DNA of 64,000 nucleotides, from positions 1,386,472 to 1,450,471 of the forward strand of contig CP119309.1 in the NCBI GenBank assembly GCA_029203145.1. The letters run 5' to 3'. This document shows, in pieces, positions 17,450-27,387 of the stretch; position 1 is the first letter of the stretch, and each line of letters opens with the position of its first letter. The notes beneath the pieces are model-generated. The model had not been told where the DNA came from and did no database searches. It saw nothing but the letters and a program-made list of their open reading frames with translations. A program made the position numbers and the translations under genes. Origin of the DNA: Candidatus Brevundimonas phytovorans. Its GTDB lineage: Bacteria; Pseudomonadota; Alphaproteobacteria; Caulobacterales; Caulobacteraceae.

Positions 17450-18229
17450 ATGTCTGATCTGCCGTCCGTTCTGATCACCGGCGCTTCAAGCGGTATCGGC
17501 GCCGCCTACGCCGACCGCTTTGCCCGCCGCGGGCACGATCTGGTGCTTGTCGCTCGGGACGCGGCGCGAATGGAGACGCTAGCCGCGACGCTGCGGGCCG
17601 AAACCGGTGTCTCGATCGAAATTCGGAAGGCTGACCTCACGCATGGCCCGGATCTCGAAACGGTCTCCAGCCGCCTGCGCCAGGATGATCGGATCGGGGT
17701 GCTGGTCAACAATGCCGGCGCCAGCATCGGCGGCCAGTTCGCCAATCAATCCGGCGCCGACCTCCAGAAGCTTATCGCCCTGAACGTGTCAGCGGTGGTC
17801 GAACTCGCCAACGCCGCCGCGCCGCGCTTCGCTCGGGAAGGGCGGGGGGCCATCGTCAACATCGGCTCCGTCGTCGGCCTCGCGCCTGAGTTCGGCCTGT
17901 CGATCTATGGCGCGACCAAGGCCTTCGTCCTCTATCTGTCCCAAGGGCTCGCTATCGAACTCACCCCCAAGGGCGTCTATGTTCAGGCGGTCCTACCCGC
18001 CGGAACCCGAACCGAGATATGGGAACGGTCGGGCGCCGACCCCGAAAAGCTGCCGCCGCTTATGGAGGTTGCCGAGTTGGTGGACGCCGCACTGGTCGGT
18101 TTCGACCGGCGGGAGCCGGTCACCATCCCGCCGCTTCAGAACGCCGCCCTGTGGGACGCCTTCCAAGGCGCCCGCCAGGCCATGCTGCCCGGCTTCGCCG
18201 CCACCGTGCCCGCCGACCGCTACCGCTAA
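17450..18229 (+). CDS. Short-chain dehydrogenase/reductase
   Basis: TGASSGIG, LVNNAG, S...YGATK. Confidence 0.93.
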   Translation: MSDLPSVLITGASSGIGAAYADRFARRGHDLVLVARDAARMETLAATLRAETGVSIEIRKADLTHGPDLETVSSRLRQDDRIGVLVNNAGASIGGQFANQSGADLQKLIALNVSAVVELANAAAPRFAREGRGAIVNIGSVVGLAPEFGLSIYGATKAFVLYLSQGLAIELTPKGVYVQAVLPAGTRTEIWERSGADPEKLPPLMEVAELVDAALVGFDRREPVTIPPLQNAALWDAFQGARQAMLPGFAATVPADRYR

Positions 18230-18280
18230 CCCTCCTGACGCCCTTCCCGTCACAGACCCTGTGAGAGATCAGAGATCCCC

Positions 18281-19372
18281 ATGCCCGACACCAGCCTGTT
18301 CGCCCCCTACGCCCTCGGTCCCATCACACTGTCCAACCGGATCGTCATGGCGCCCCTGACGCGCAACCGGGCCGGACCGGGCTTCGTGCCCGGCGACCTC
18401 GCCGTGGACTATTATCGCCAGCGCGCCACGGCCGGGCTGATTATCACAGAAGCAGCGCAGATCTCTCAACAGGGCCAGGGATATCAGGACACCCCCGGCA
18501 TCTATGACGCAGCCCAGATCGAGGGCTGGCGCAGGGTGACTGAGGCCGTTCACGCCGAGGGCGGGCGCATCTTTATCCAGCTCTGGCACGTCGGGCGCAT
18601 CTCGCACATTGACCTTCAGCCCGGCGGCGCGGCGCCTGTCGGGCCGTCCGCCATCCGGGCCGCGACCAAGACCTTCGTCAACAACGGTTTCGTCGATGTG
18701 TCGGAGCCTCGTGCGCTTGAGCTTGAAGAGATCCCCGGCATCGTCCAGGACTTCCGCCGGGCCGCAGCGAATGCGATCTCGGCCGGGTTCGACGGCGTCG
18801 AGATCCACGGCGCCAACGGCTATCTTCTGGACCAGTTCGCCAAGGACGGCGCCAATGTCCGCACGGACTCCTATGGCGGATCGGTCGAAAATCGCGCGCG
18901 TCTGATGCTGGAGGTCGCCGCCGCCGTCGCCGAGGAGATCGGGGCTGATCGCACAGGCATCCGGCTTTCGCCCGCATCCCCCGCCAACGCCATCTCGTCC
19001 AGCGACCCGCAATCCCAGTTCGACTACATCGTCGATCAGTTGAATGCGCTCGGGCTGGTCTACATCCACGTAGTCGAGGGCGCGACCGGCGGCCCCCGCG
19101 ACGACGCCGCCTTTGACTACGGTTCGCTGCGCCGGCGCTTCGCCAACACCTACATCGCCAACAACGGCTACGACCGGACGCTCGCCGAGACACGACTGGA
19201 CGCCGGAGAGGCCGATCTGTTCGCCTTTGGCCGCCCATTCATCGCCAATCCCGACCTGGTGGAACGGCTGAAGACCGGCGGGCCCCTGGCCGATCTCAAC
19301 CCGGCGACCCTCTACGGCGGCGGCGCCGAGGGCTACACCGACTATCCCGCCCTCGACGCGGCTCGCCAATAA
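18281..19372 (+). CDS. nemA: Old Yellow Enzyme / alkene reductase
   Basis: MAPLTRNRA, QLWHVGRISH, EIHGANGYLLDQF, FGRPFIANPDL, YTDYP. Confidence 0.92.
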   Translation: MPDTSLFAPYALGPITLSNRIVMAPLTRNRAGPGFVPGDLAVDYYRQRATAGLIITEAAQISQQGQGYQDTPGIYDAAQIEGWRRVTEAVHAEGGRIFIQLWHVGRISHIDLQPGGAAPVGPSAIRAATKTFVNNGFVDVSEPRALELEEIPGIVQDFRRAAANAISAGFDGVEIHGANGYLLDQFAKDGANVRTDSYGGSVENRARLMLEVAAAVAEEIGADRTGIRLSPASPANAISSSDPQSQFDYIVDQLNALGLVYIHVVEGATGGPRDDAAFDYGSLRRRFANTYIANNGYDRTLAETRLDAGEADLFAFGRPFIANPDLVERLKTGGPLADLNPATLYGGGAEGYTDYPALDAARQ

Positions 19373-19404
19373 GCGACAGACGACCTGCGGAACGGAGATC
19401 CCCG

Positions 19405-20418
19405 ATGAAGGCCTATATCCTCGACCGCTACGCCAGGAAGGCCGTTCTGCGTCTGGGCGAGCTGCCCGAGCCTGCGCTGCGTGAAAACGACGTCCTGATC
19501 GAAGTGCATGCTGCGGGTCTGAACCTGCTCGACTCCAAGATTCGGGACGGCGAATTCAAAGCCATCCTGCCCTATCGACCGCCCCTGGTGCTCGGTCACG
19601 ACGTGGCGGGCAAGGTCGTTCGCGTCGGATCTGGCGCAAGGCGGTTCAAGCTCGGCGACGCCGTCTACGCCCGCCCTCGTGACGGCCGGATCGGGACCTT
19701 CGCCGAGTTCATCGCGGTCGACGAAGCCGATGCGGCGCCAAAGCCCGTCAACCTGACCATGGAGGAAGCGGCCGGCCTCCCCCTGGTCGCCCTGACGGCC
19801 TGGCAGGTCCTGGTCGAGCGCGCCGGGCTGAGCCCAGGCCAGAAGGTTCTGATCCATGCGGGTTCGGGCGGCGTCGGGGTCTTCGCCATCCAGTTGGCCA
19901 AACACCTCGGCGCGGCGGTCGCCACGACCGCCAGCGCCGCCAACGCCGAACTGGTCCGCAGCCTGGGGGCCGATGTCGTCATCGACTACAGGACCCAGGA
20001 TTTCGCCCGCGAACTGTCGGGCTACGATGTCGTGCTGAACAGCCTGGACGGCGAGACGCTGGAGCGCTCTCTGAATGTCCTGAAACCCGGCGGCAAGCTG
20101 ATCTCGATCTCGGGGCCGCCGGACCCCGCCTTCGCCAAGGCCCAGGGCCTGAACCCGATCCTCAAGCTGATCATAGGTCTTCTGAGCCGCAAGATCAGAC
20201 ACAAGGCCGCCGCGAAGGGGATCGACTATTCCTTCCTGTTCATGCGTGCGGGCGGCGAACAGCTGCGGCGGATCACCGCCCTGATCGAAGCCGGCGACAT
20301 CCGGCCGGTGCTGGATCGCACCTTTGCCTTCGCCGACCTGAACGCCGCCCTCGCCTACCTCGAGACCGGCCGGGCCAAGGGCAAGGTCGTGGTCACTCTC
20401 AAAGAGGATGCGCAATAA
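19405..20418 (+). CDS. NADP-dependent MDR oxidoreductase (quinone reductase-like)
   Basis: LGHDVAG, LIHAGSGGVG, RAKGKVVV. Confidence 0.9.
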   Translation: MKAYILDRYARKAVLRLGELPEPALRENDVLIEVHAAGLNLLDSKIRDGEFKAILPYRPPLVLGHDVAGKVVRVGSGARRFKLGDAVYARPRDGRIGTFAEFIAVDEADAAPKPVNLTMEEAAGLPLVALTAWQVLVERAGLSPGQKVLIHAGSGGVGVFAIQLAKHLGAAVATTASAANAELVRSLGADVVIDYRTQDFARELSGYDVVLNSLDGETLERSLNVLKPGGKLISISGPPDPAFAKAQGLNPILKLIIGLLSRKIRHKAAAKGIDYSFLFMRAGGEQLRRITALIEAGDIRPVLDRTFAFADLNAALAYLETGRAKGKVVVTLKEDAQ

Positions 20419-20462
20419 GCGCCGTCCACTCAAACGCCCTGTCCGCCACTCCGGCTCGCGGC

Positions 20463-20825
20463 CTAGTCGGAGACCGCCCGCGGATCGTGGGTGCTGAGCA
20501 GATCATCGATGTCCGCCTGAGCCAGGCCCTGACCGCGCAGGGCGGGACCGTTTTCAAGCTTGACCACGCCTGAGGCTGGTAGGCTAGCAGGTGAGATGGC
20601 GCCGCTGAGTTGCGTCAAACGCTGGCCGATCACGTCTTCAAAGGCGCACAGTTCCAACAGCCCCAGGAGACGACCCTCCAGCCGGCACAGCGCCGCGTCA
20701 TCGCCGTCCCGAAACCTGGCGATGTCGTCCAAACCCGCCTCGTGGACCGCCAGAAGCGCCTCTGTCGCCGTCGCCAGCTCTTGCCGTATCTCGCTGACCA
20801 GGTCGGCGAAGGCGGCGGCCGCCAT
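20463..20825 (-). CDS. cheZ: Short alphaproteobacterial CheZ-like phosphatase
   Basis: CAFEDVIGQR (DxxxQ) and C-terminal NGPAL.GQGLAQADIDDLL; 1 nt downstream of cheY stop. Confidence 0.72.
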   Translation of the reverse strand: MAAAAFADLVSEIRQELATATEALLAVHEAGLDDIARFRDGDDAALCRLEGRLLGLLELCAFEDVIGQRLTQLSGAISPASLPASGVVKLENGPALRGQGLAQADIDDLLSTHDPRAVSD

Positions 20826-20826
20826 G

Positions 20827-21213
20827 TCAGAATTCCCCCAGCACGGCCGTCAGCTTCTGCTTCAGCACAGCGTGCGTGAAGGGCTTGATGATGTAGCTGT
20901 TCACGCCCGCTTGCCGGGCGGCGATGACGTTCTCGATCTTGGCCTCAGCCGTGACCAGCACGAAGGGCAAGGCCCTGGTTTTGGGCTCGGCGCGCACCGC
21001 CTTCAACAGTTCGAACCCCGTCATCGGCGCCATGTTCCAGTCGGACAGGACCAGTCCATATCCATTCGCGGCGATCATCGTCAGCGCCGTCGGCCCGTCC
21101 GTCGCCTCGTCCACATTCATGAAGCCGAGCTGGTTCAACAGCCCGCGCACGATCCGAACCATTGTCTTGTAGTCGTCAACAACCAGGATCTTCATCGATT
21201 TATCGACAGCCAT
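20827..21213 (-). CDS. cheY: Chemotaxis response regulator
   Basis: ILVVDD, LSDWNMAPM, VTAE, IKPF single-domain receiver. Confidence 0.93.
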   Translation of the reverse strand: MAVDKSMKILVVDDYKTMVRIVRGLLNQLGFMNVDEATDGPTALTMIAANGYGLVLSDWNMAPMTGFELLKAVRAEPKTRALPFVLVTAEAKIENVIAARQAGVNSYIIKPFTHAVLKQKLTAVLGEF

Positions 21214-21280
21214 GCCTTCCCCCAATCACCCTCCGTGACCCCAAAACAAGAACACCGATATTCTGAACAAATTCTGGACA

Positions 21281-21294
21281 TTGATTCAGATCAA
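21281..21294. promoter_or_regulatory. FNR/FixK-type box
   Basis: TTGAT-TCAG-ATCAA, exact match to TTGAT-N4-ATCAA, 68 nt upstream of cheY ATG. Confidence 0.7.
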
Positions 21295-21546
21295 AATGAC
21301 GAATTGAAGAATATAAAAATCAATAGTTACACCTAGAGCGTATATTTTTCATCGTAGTGCGCCACTACAAATACCAGAGGAGCCGTTTGATAGCGGTATT
21401 TTACACCGACTATATTTGGATAAATTATCGGAACCATCTTTCCACCTAGCGAAAACTCCGAATCTACAGATAACAGCGCCATCCCACGCATTCGTTCGCA
21501 TGGCGCCAGGCCCTACGGAACTGCGCCTCAACTATCAGGAGGGGCC

Positions 21547-24402
21547 GTGGACGAGATCTTGGGCGACTTCATCGCTGAGACCCGCGAGGGCCTAGAGGCG
21601 CTGGACAGCGAACTTGTGCGTTTCGAGCGTAATCCGCACGACCCCGAGCCCCTGGCCAGCGTCTTTCGCCTGATGCACACCATCAAGGGCGCGTGCGGCT
21701 TCATCGGCCTGGTGCGACTTCAAAGGATCGCCCACGCGGCGGAAGAGGTTCTAGGCGGTTTCCGCGACGGCTCTCTGATCGTGACCTCCGCCGCCGTCAC
21801 CACCATCCTGGAAGCCGTGGACGTGATCCGCGGCCTGATCGACGTTCTGGACGCAACGGGCCAAGAGCCGACCGGCGAGGACGGCGCGCTGATACATCGC
21901 CTCGAAGCGGCCTGCGTGGCCGTCGCGTCGGCCTCGCCGCCTCCGGCGACCTCAACCAGACCCCTGATCGAACGAATTGGCGGCGACGCTACACTGGACG
22001 CCGCCGCCGAGGCGGCCGCTGCGCGCCTGATGCGGTTGGCCCCGTTTGAGTCTCTGCTCGGCGCCGCCGACCCCATCCTGTTGCAGGCGGCCCTGTTGCA
22101 GGGCCTGCTGGGCGCCGCTCGCGGCAGCGAGGCCGCCACCCTGAGCCGGGCGCTGGAGGATATCGCCGAGATTCGCCTTGACGCCGAAATGCTGGACACC
22201 CTGTTCAGCGTAGTCGCGGCGGCGCTGGAGGCCTTGGACGCCTCGCCCGAGGACGTGGCGGAGTTGCGCATCCGCGCTCAGATCGGGACGAACGCCGCCG
22301 CACCGGCCTCGGCCCCGCCCGCGCCTGAAGACGTCGCGTTCGTCGCCGGCGTCGGCAAGTCCGCCGCCACCATCCGCATCAACGTCGAGGTGCTGGAACA
22401 GCTGATGCGCTCGGTCAGCGAACTGGTGCTGATCCGCAACCAGATGATCCAGACCCTGCGGCTGGAACCGGAAAGCCCCTTCAAAGGTCCGCTGCATCGC
22501 CTGAATCAAGTGACCAGCGAGATCCAGGAGAAGGTCATGGTCGCCCGGATGCAGCCGATCGGCGGCGCCTGGGCGAAGCTGCCGCGTCTGGTGCGCGATC
22601 TTGAGCAGGAACTCGGCAAGCGCATCGAACTGCATATGTCCGGTCAGGAGACTGAACTGGACCGACAGGTCATGGAGCTGATCCGCGACCCGCTGACCCA
22701 CATGATCCGCAACGCCGCCGATCACGGACTGGAAACCACGGAACAGCGCCGCGCCGCCGGCAAGTCCGAGGCGGGCCGCATCACCCTGGCCGCGCGCCAC
22801 GAAGGCGGGGCCATCGTCATCGAGGTGTCCGACGACGGGCGCGGCCTGTCGGTGTCGCGCCTGCGAGCCAAGGCGGTCTCTCTGGACCTGCTGACCGCCG
22901 CCGAAGCCGAGCAGATGAGCGACGCCGAGGCGATGCAACTGATCTTCCGCGCCGGTTTCTCGACGGCGTCCCAGGTCACCAGCGTCTCGGGCCGGGGCGT
23001 CGGCATGGACGTGGTGCGCTCCAACATCGAACAGATCGGCGGGGTGATCGAACTGAGATCCACCGAGGGTCAAGGCGCCTGTTTCACCGTCCGCATCCCC
23101 CTGACCCTGACCATCGTCTCGGCCCTGATCGTCGAGGCGGGCGGCGAGCGGTTCGCCCTGCCCCAGTCGTCGATCATCGAACTGGTCAGCGCCAGCGGCG
23201 CCTCGGGCCGCTGTATCGAACAGATCGAAGACGCGCCCGTCCTGCGGCTGCGCGAGCGCCTGTTGCCGCTGGTGTCGCTACAACGCCTGCTCAAGCTGGA
23301 CGACGAGGCCCCGCCCCAAACCCAGGGCAAGGCAGCCAACGAAACCTGCATCGTCGTCACCCATTTCGGAGCCAGCACCTTCGGCGTCATCGTCGACCGG
23401 GTCTTCGATATCGAGGAGATCGTGGTCAAGCCGGTGGCCGGGGTGCTGCGCCACCTCAACCTCTATTCCGGCGCGACCATCCTCGGCGACGGGGCGGTCA
23501 TCCTGATCCTGGACCCCAAGGGCACGGCGCGCACCGCCGGGGTCGATCAGATTTCCGGCCACCTGGCCGGGCTCGCCAGCGACGCCGCCCGCAAGGCCAA
23601 CGCCGCCCCGCCGCCGAAGGAGGAAGCCCTGCTCCTGTTCCGCGCCGCCGACGCGACCCTGCGCGCCGCCCCGCTGACCACCGTGTCCCGCATCGAAGAG
23701 GTCGAGGCCGCCCAGATCGAACAGGTCGAAGGCCGCGCCGTGCTTCAATACCGTGGACGGCTCATGCCGATCCTCGGCGCCGACGGTCGCGCGCCGGACT
23801 GGAGCGGCCCCGGTCGTCGCCCCCTGCTGGTCTTCGCGCGCGGCGATCAGGCCCTGGGCATGTTGATCGGCGAGATCGTCGACATCGTCGAGACCGCAGC
23901 CCAGCCCGAGATCAACAGCGCGGGCGGACTGACGCTGGGCAGCCTGATCGTCATGGACCAGGCCGCCGACCTGATCGACGTCGACGCCTATTGGCGGCGA
24001 GCCTTCGACGCCGCCGCGACGACGGAGGCCAGCCCATCCGGCGACGCCCTCTCCGCCCCCATCGCCGGCCTGAAACGTCTGCTGATCATAGACCCCAGCA
24101 CCTTCACCCAGTTGCTGCTGGGGCCGCTGCTGGCGCGCGCCGGCTATGTCGTGATCGTCGCCCCGGACGCCGAGGCGGCTCTGGCCCACCACGACGCCAA
24201 CGAGGTCTTCGACCTGATCCTAGCCGACCTTCAGCCCAGCCGCGCGCGCGAGTTCGCCCGGATTTTGGCCAGCGCCGAGCAGTGGCACGCCACGCCGCTT
24301 CTCAGCCTCAGCCTGCTGAACGGCGGCGGTCCCGCGCTGGACGCCACCCGACTGCTGGACGCCGTTTCCAGCGCCCTGACGCCCGAAAGCGCGGCGGCGT
24401 GA
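21547..24402 (+). CDS. cheA: Hybrid chemotaxis kinase: Hpt - globin-like insert - dimerization - HATPase - CheW - CheW - degenerate REC
   Basis: HTIKG, HMIRNAADHG, DDGRG, GFSTA, GRGVGMDVV; two CheW repeats; GTG start after AGGAGG. Confidence 0.95.
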   Translation: MDEILGDFIAETREGLEALDSELVRFERNPHDPEPLASVFRLMHTIKGACGFIGLVRLQRIAHAAEEVLGGFRDGSLIVTSAAVTTILEAVDVIRGLIDVLDATGQEPTGEDGALIHRLEAACVAVASASPPPATSTRPLIERIGGDATLDAAAEAAAARLMRLAPFESLLGAADPILLQAALLQGLLGAARGSEAATLSRALEDIAEIRLDAEMLDTLFSVVAAALEALDASPEDVAELRIRAQIGTNAAAPASAPPAPEDVAFVAGVGKSAATIRINVEVLEQLMRSVSELVLIRNQMIQTLRLEPESPFKGPLHRLNQVTSEIQEKVMVARMQPIGGAWAKLPRLVRDLEQELGKRIELHMSGQETELDRQVMELIRDPLTHMIRNAADHGLETTEQRRAAGKSEAGRITLAARHEGGAIVIEVSDDGRGLSVSRLRAKAVSLDLLTAAEAEQMSDAEAMQLIFRAGFSTASQVTSVSGRGVGMDVVRSNIEQIGGVIELRSTEGQGACFTVRIPLTLTIVSALIVEAGGERFALPQSSIIELVSASGASGRCIEQIEDAPVLRLRERLLPLVSLQRLLKLDDEAPPQTQGKAANETCIVVTHFGASTFGVIVDRVFDIEEIVVKPVAGVLRHLNLYSGATILGDGAVILILDPKGTARTAGVDQISGHLAGLASDAARKANAAPPPKEEALLLFRAADATLRAAPLTTVSRIEEVEAAQIEQVEGRAVLQYRGRLMPILGADGRAPDWSGPGRRPLLVFARGDQALGMLIGEIVDIVETAAQPEINSAGGLTLGSLIVMDQAADLIDVDAYWRRAFDAAATTEASPSGDALSAPIAGLKRLLIIDPSTFTQLLLGPLLARAGYVVIVAPDAEAALAHHDANEVFDLILADLQPSRAREFARILASAEQWHATPLLSLSLLNGGGPALDATRLLDAVSSALTPESAAA

Positions 24403-24923
24403 ACGCGCTCAACCCTACGACCGAGGCCGGGCTGGTCTCGGTCCAGATCGGCGGCCAGACCTTTGGCGTGCCGGTGCTGGAGGTGCAGGACGTGATCGCC
24501 GAGACCGCGATCAACCGCGTGCCCCTGGCCCCGCCCGAGATCGCCGGTTCGTTGAACCTGCGCGGCCGCATCGTCACCGCCATCGACATGCGCCGCCGCC
24601 TCGGCCTGCCGCCACAAGCCGAAGACCAAAGAGCCAGCGGCGTTTCGGTCATCGTCGAACAGGCCTCAGGCGAGCTCTACGCCCTGATGGTCGATGACGT
24701 CGGCGACGTGCTGTGGCTGCCGCCCTCGGCGCACGAGCCGACGCCGCCGACCCTGTCGCCCGCCTGGCGCGACCTGTGCGACGGCCTCTACCGGCTGAAA
24801 GATGACCTCATGCTGGTGCTGCGGACTGAGGCGGTCCTGACCCTGGCCCCGCCGCCTGTCGGCGACACCCCCGATACCCCTCGCCGCACGGCGGACCTTG
24901 TCACTCACGGAGACCGATCATGA
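24399..24923 (+). CDS. cheW: Chemotaxis coupling protein
   Basis: [36 protein letters not shown]; GTGA overlap with cheA stop. Confidence 0.92.
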   Translation: MNALNPTTEAGLVSVQIGGQTFGVPVLEVQDVIAETAINRVPLAPPEIAGSLNLRGRIVTAIDMRRRLGLPPQAEDQRASGVSVIVEQASGELYALMVDDVGDVLWLPPSAHEPTPPTLSPAWRDLCDGLYRLKDDLMLVLRTEAVLTLAPPPVGDTPDTPRRTADLVTHGDRS

Positions 24924-26530
24924 CCAACGGAGCCACGGCGCGCAGCGCCCGTCCCCTCGCCCCTCGCAGCCTGGACCAGACCGCTCAGGCCTCGGCCGAA
25001 TGGACGCCCGACTTCCGGCAGTTGCTGGAAGACGCCCCGTTCAACGTCATGATCTGCGACCTGATCGACTTCCAGATCACCTATGCCAACAAGGCGACGC
25101 TGACGACGCTGCGATCGATTGAACACGTCCTGCCGATCCGGGCCGACGATCTGGTCGGCGCCTCGATCGACGTCTTCCACAAGGCCCCGGCGCATCAGCG
25201 CCGGATGCTGGCCGACCCGCGCAACCTGCCCCATCAAGCCACCATCGAGATCGGCGGCGAGTTCCTGGACCTGCTGGTCAGCGCCGTGCTGGATGACCAG
25301 GGCCGTTACGTCGCCGCCATGACGACCTGGTCGCTCCAGACCGAACGGGTCAAGGCCGAGCGCGACAACCAGCGCCTGCTGCAGATGCTGGACGACATGC
25401 CGCTCAACGTCATGCTGTGCGAGCCCGAAGAGCTGCGTCTGACCTATGTGAACCGCCGCTCCATCGAGACCCTGCGCCCGCTGCAACACCTGCTGCCGAT
25501 CCCGGTCGATCAGATGCTGGGCCAGTCCATCGACATCTTCCACAAGCACCCCGAGCATCAGCGCCGCATGCTGGCCGATCCGCGCAGCCTGCCGCACCGG
25601 GCCATGATCCAGTTGGGCGATCAGAAGCTGGACCTCAACATCGCCGCCGTGAAGAACCCCGAGGGGCGGATGACAGGCATGATGCTGACCTGGGGGGTCG
25701 TGACCGAACAGGCCCGCTTCATCGACCGGGTCAACGACTTCAGCCAGGACGTCGCCGGCGCCGCCGCCGCCCTCAGCACCATGGCCCAGGGCATGGCCGC
25801 CAGCGCCGAGGAGACCAACAGCCAGGCCTCAGCCGTCGCCGTCGCCTCGGACGAGGCCTCGTCCAACGTTCAGACCGTGGCTGCCGCCGCCGAAGAACTG
25901 TCAGCCTCGATCCAGGAGATCACCCGTCAGGTCGAGCAGTCCAGCAGCATCTCACGCCACGCGGTCGAGGAAGCCCTGTCCACCGACGAGACCATGCGCG
26001 GCCTGGCGGACTCAGCCGAGCGCGTCGGCGAGGTCGTCGGCCTGATCCAGGAGATCGCCGCCCAGACCAAGCTGCTGGCCCTGAACGCCACCATCGAGTC
26101 CGCTCGCGCGGGCGAGGCCGGCAAGGGCTTCGCCGTGGTCGCCTCGGAGGTGAAGAACCTGGCCGATCAGACGGCGCGCGCGACCAAGCAGATCGCCGAT
26201 CAGGTCAACTCGATCCAGAAGGCCAGCCACGCCGCCGTCAGCGCCATTGAAAGCATCCGCCGCACCATCGAACGCGCCAGCGAAGCCTCCTCGGCCATCG
26301 CCAGCGCGGTCGAGGAACAGGGCGCGGCCACGCAGGAGATCACCCGCAACGTCCAGGAAGCCGCCATGGGCACGCGTGAGGTCTCGTCCAACATCGTGGC
26401 CGTGACCGCCGCCGCCTCGGACAATGCTCAGGCGGCGACCGACATGCTGTCGGCCACGGCGGCCCTGACGGAAAAGGCGCGCGAACTCGACACCCTGCGC
26501 GCGGAGATCGAGTCCTTCATGCGCGGCTAG
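24920..26530 (+). CDS. Soluble chemoreceptor with two Aer2-like PAS domains
   Basis: No TM segments; [12 protein letters not shown] and [12 protein letters not shown] repeats; [31 protein letters not shown] hairpin tip. Confidence 0.93.
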   Translation: MTNGATARSARPLAPRSLDQTAQASAEWTPDFRQLLEDAPFNVMICDLIDFQITYANKATLTTLRSIEHVLPIRADDLVGASIDVFHKAPAHQRRMLADPRNLPHQATIEIGGEFLDLLVSAVLDDQGRYVAAMTTWSLQTERVKAERDNQRLLQMLDDMPLNVMLCEPEELRLTYVNRRSIETLRPLQHLLPIPVDQMLGQSIDIFHKHPEHQRRMLADPRSLPHRAMIQLGDQKLDLNIAAVKNPEGRMTGMMLTWGVVTEQARFIDRVNDFSQDVAGAAAALSTMAQGMAASAEETNSQASAVAVASDEASSNVQTVAAAAEELSASIQEITRQVEQSSSISRHAVEEALSTDETMRGLADSAERVGEVVGLIQEIAAQTKLLALNATIESARAGEAGKGFAVVASEVKNLADQTARATKQIADQVNSIQKASHAAVSAIESIRRTIERASEASSAIASAVEEQGAATQEITRNVQEAAMGTREVSSNIVAVTAAASDNAQAATDMLSATAALTEKARELDTLRAEIESFMRG

Positions 26531-26550
26531 GACATGGCCGCCCGCAGCGT

Positions 26551-27387
26551 TCAGACGGTGCGGGCGGCCTTGCCTGAGGCGCGGCGGAACAGCCCCGCCG
26601 CGCCGGGGGTCAGTTCAAAGGCGTCAGTCACGCCCAGCACCGTCTCGGCGCTGCCCAGAAACAGGCCGCCGTCCTCGGCCAGGGTCCGCGCCATGCGTTG
26701 CAGCACGGCCCGCTTCTGATCCACGTCGAAATAGATCAGGACATTGCGGCAGAAGACCACGTCGAACACGCCCGGCAGACTGTCGCTCAACAGGTTGTGC
26801 GGACGGAAACTGACCAGCGACCGCAAGTCGGGGCTGACGCGCCAGCCGTGCCCCTCGCGCAAAAACCAGCGATCGCGGCGCGCGTCGGTCAGCCCCCGAC
26901 GAACCTCGAAGTCGCTGTAGAGCCCCTCCTCCGCCTTCCTCAGGATCGGTCGCGACATGTCGGTGGCCACAACCTCCAGCCGCCACCCCGCCAGTTGAGC
27001 GCCCATCTCCTTCAACAGGATGGCGATGGAATAGGGCTCCTGACCGCTGGAACAGGCGGCGCACCAGATTCGCAGCGTCCGCGTCGCCGCCCGCGCCTCG
27101 ACCAGTTGCGGCAGGACCCGCCCGGCCAGCAGGTTGAACGGCGTGCCGTCGCGAAAAAAGAAGGATTCGTGCGTCGCCATCGCCTCGACGCAGCGAACCA
27201 GAAGCGGCTCCGCCGATGCCCCGCCGAGGCGCAACCGCTCCAGCAGCTGCGGCACGCCCGCCAGACCCTCGGCCCGCGCCAGCGGGGCCAAACGGCTCTC
27301 GACCAGATAGCCCTTGTGCGCGGTCAGAATCAGACCCGAACGGTCCTTCACCAGACGACAGAAGTGCTCGAAATCCGGCCCGGTCAC
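26551..27387 (-). CDS. cheR: Chemoreceptor methyltransferase
   Basis: FFRD, IWCAACSSGQEPYS, FCRNVLIYFD; GTG start overlapping cheB stop. Confidence 0.93.
   Translation of the reverse strand: MTGPDFEHFCRLVKDRSGLILTAHKGYLVESRLAPLARAEGLAGVPQLLERLRLGGASAEPLLVRCVEAMATHESFFFRDGTPFNLLAGRVLPQLVEARAATRTLRIWCAACSSGQEPYSIAILLKEMGAQLAGWRLEVVATDMSRPILRKAEEGLYSDFEVRRGLTDARRDRWFLREGHGWRVSPDLRSLVSFRPHNLLSDSLPGVFDVVFCRNVLIYFDVDQKRAVLQRMARTLAEDGGLFLGSAETVLGVTDAFELTPGAAGLFRRASGKAARTV

Noticed and set aside
21961-22278. Heme-binding globin-coupled CheA
   Set aside because: No His at or near the F8 position, so direct heme/O2 binding is unlikely; only the fold hypothesis is retained.
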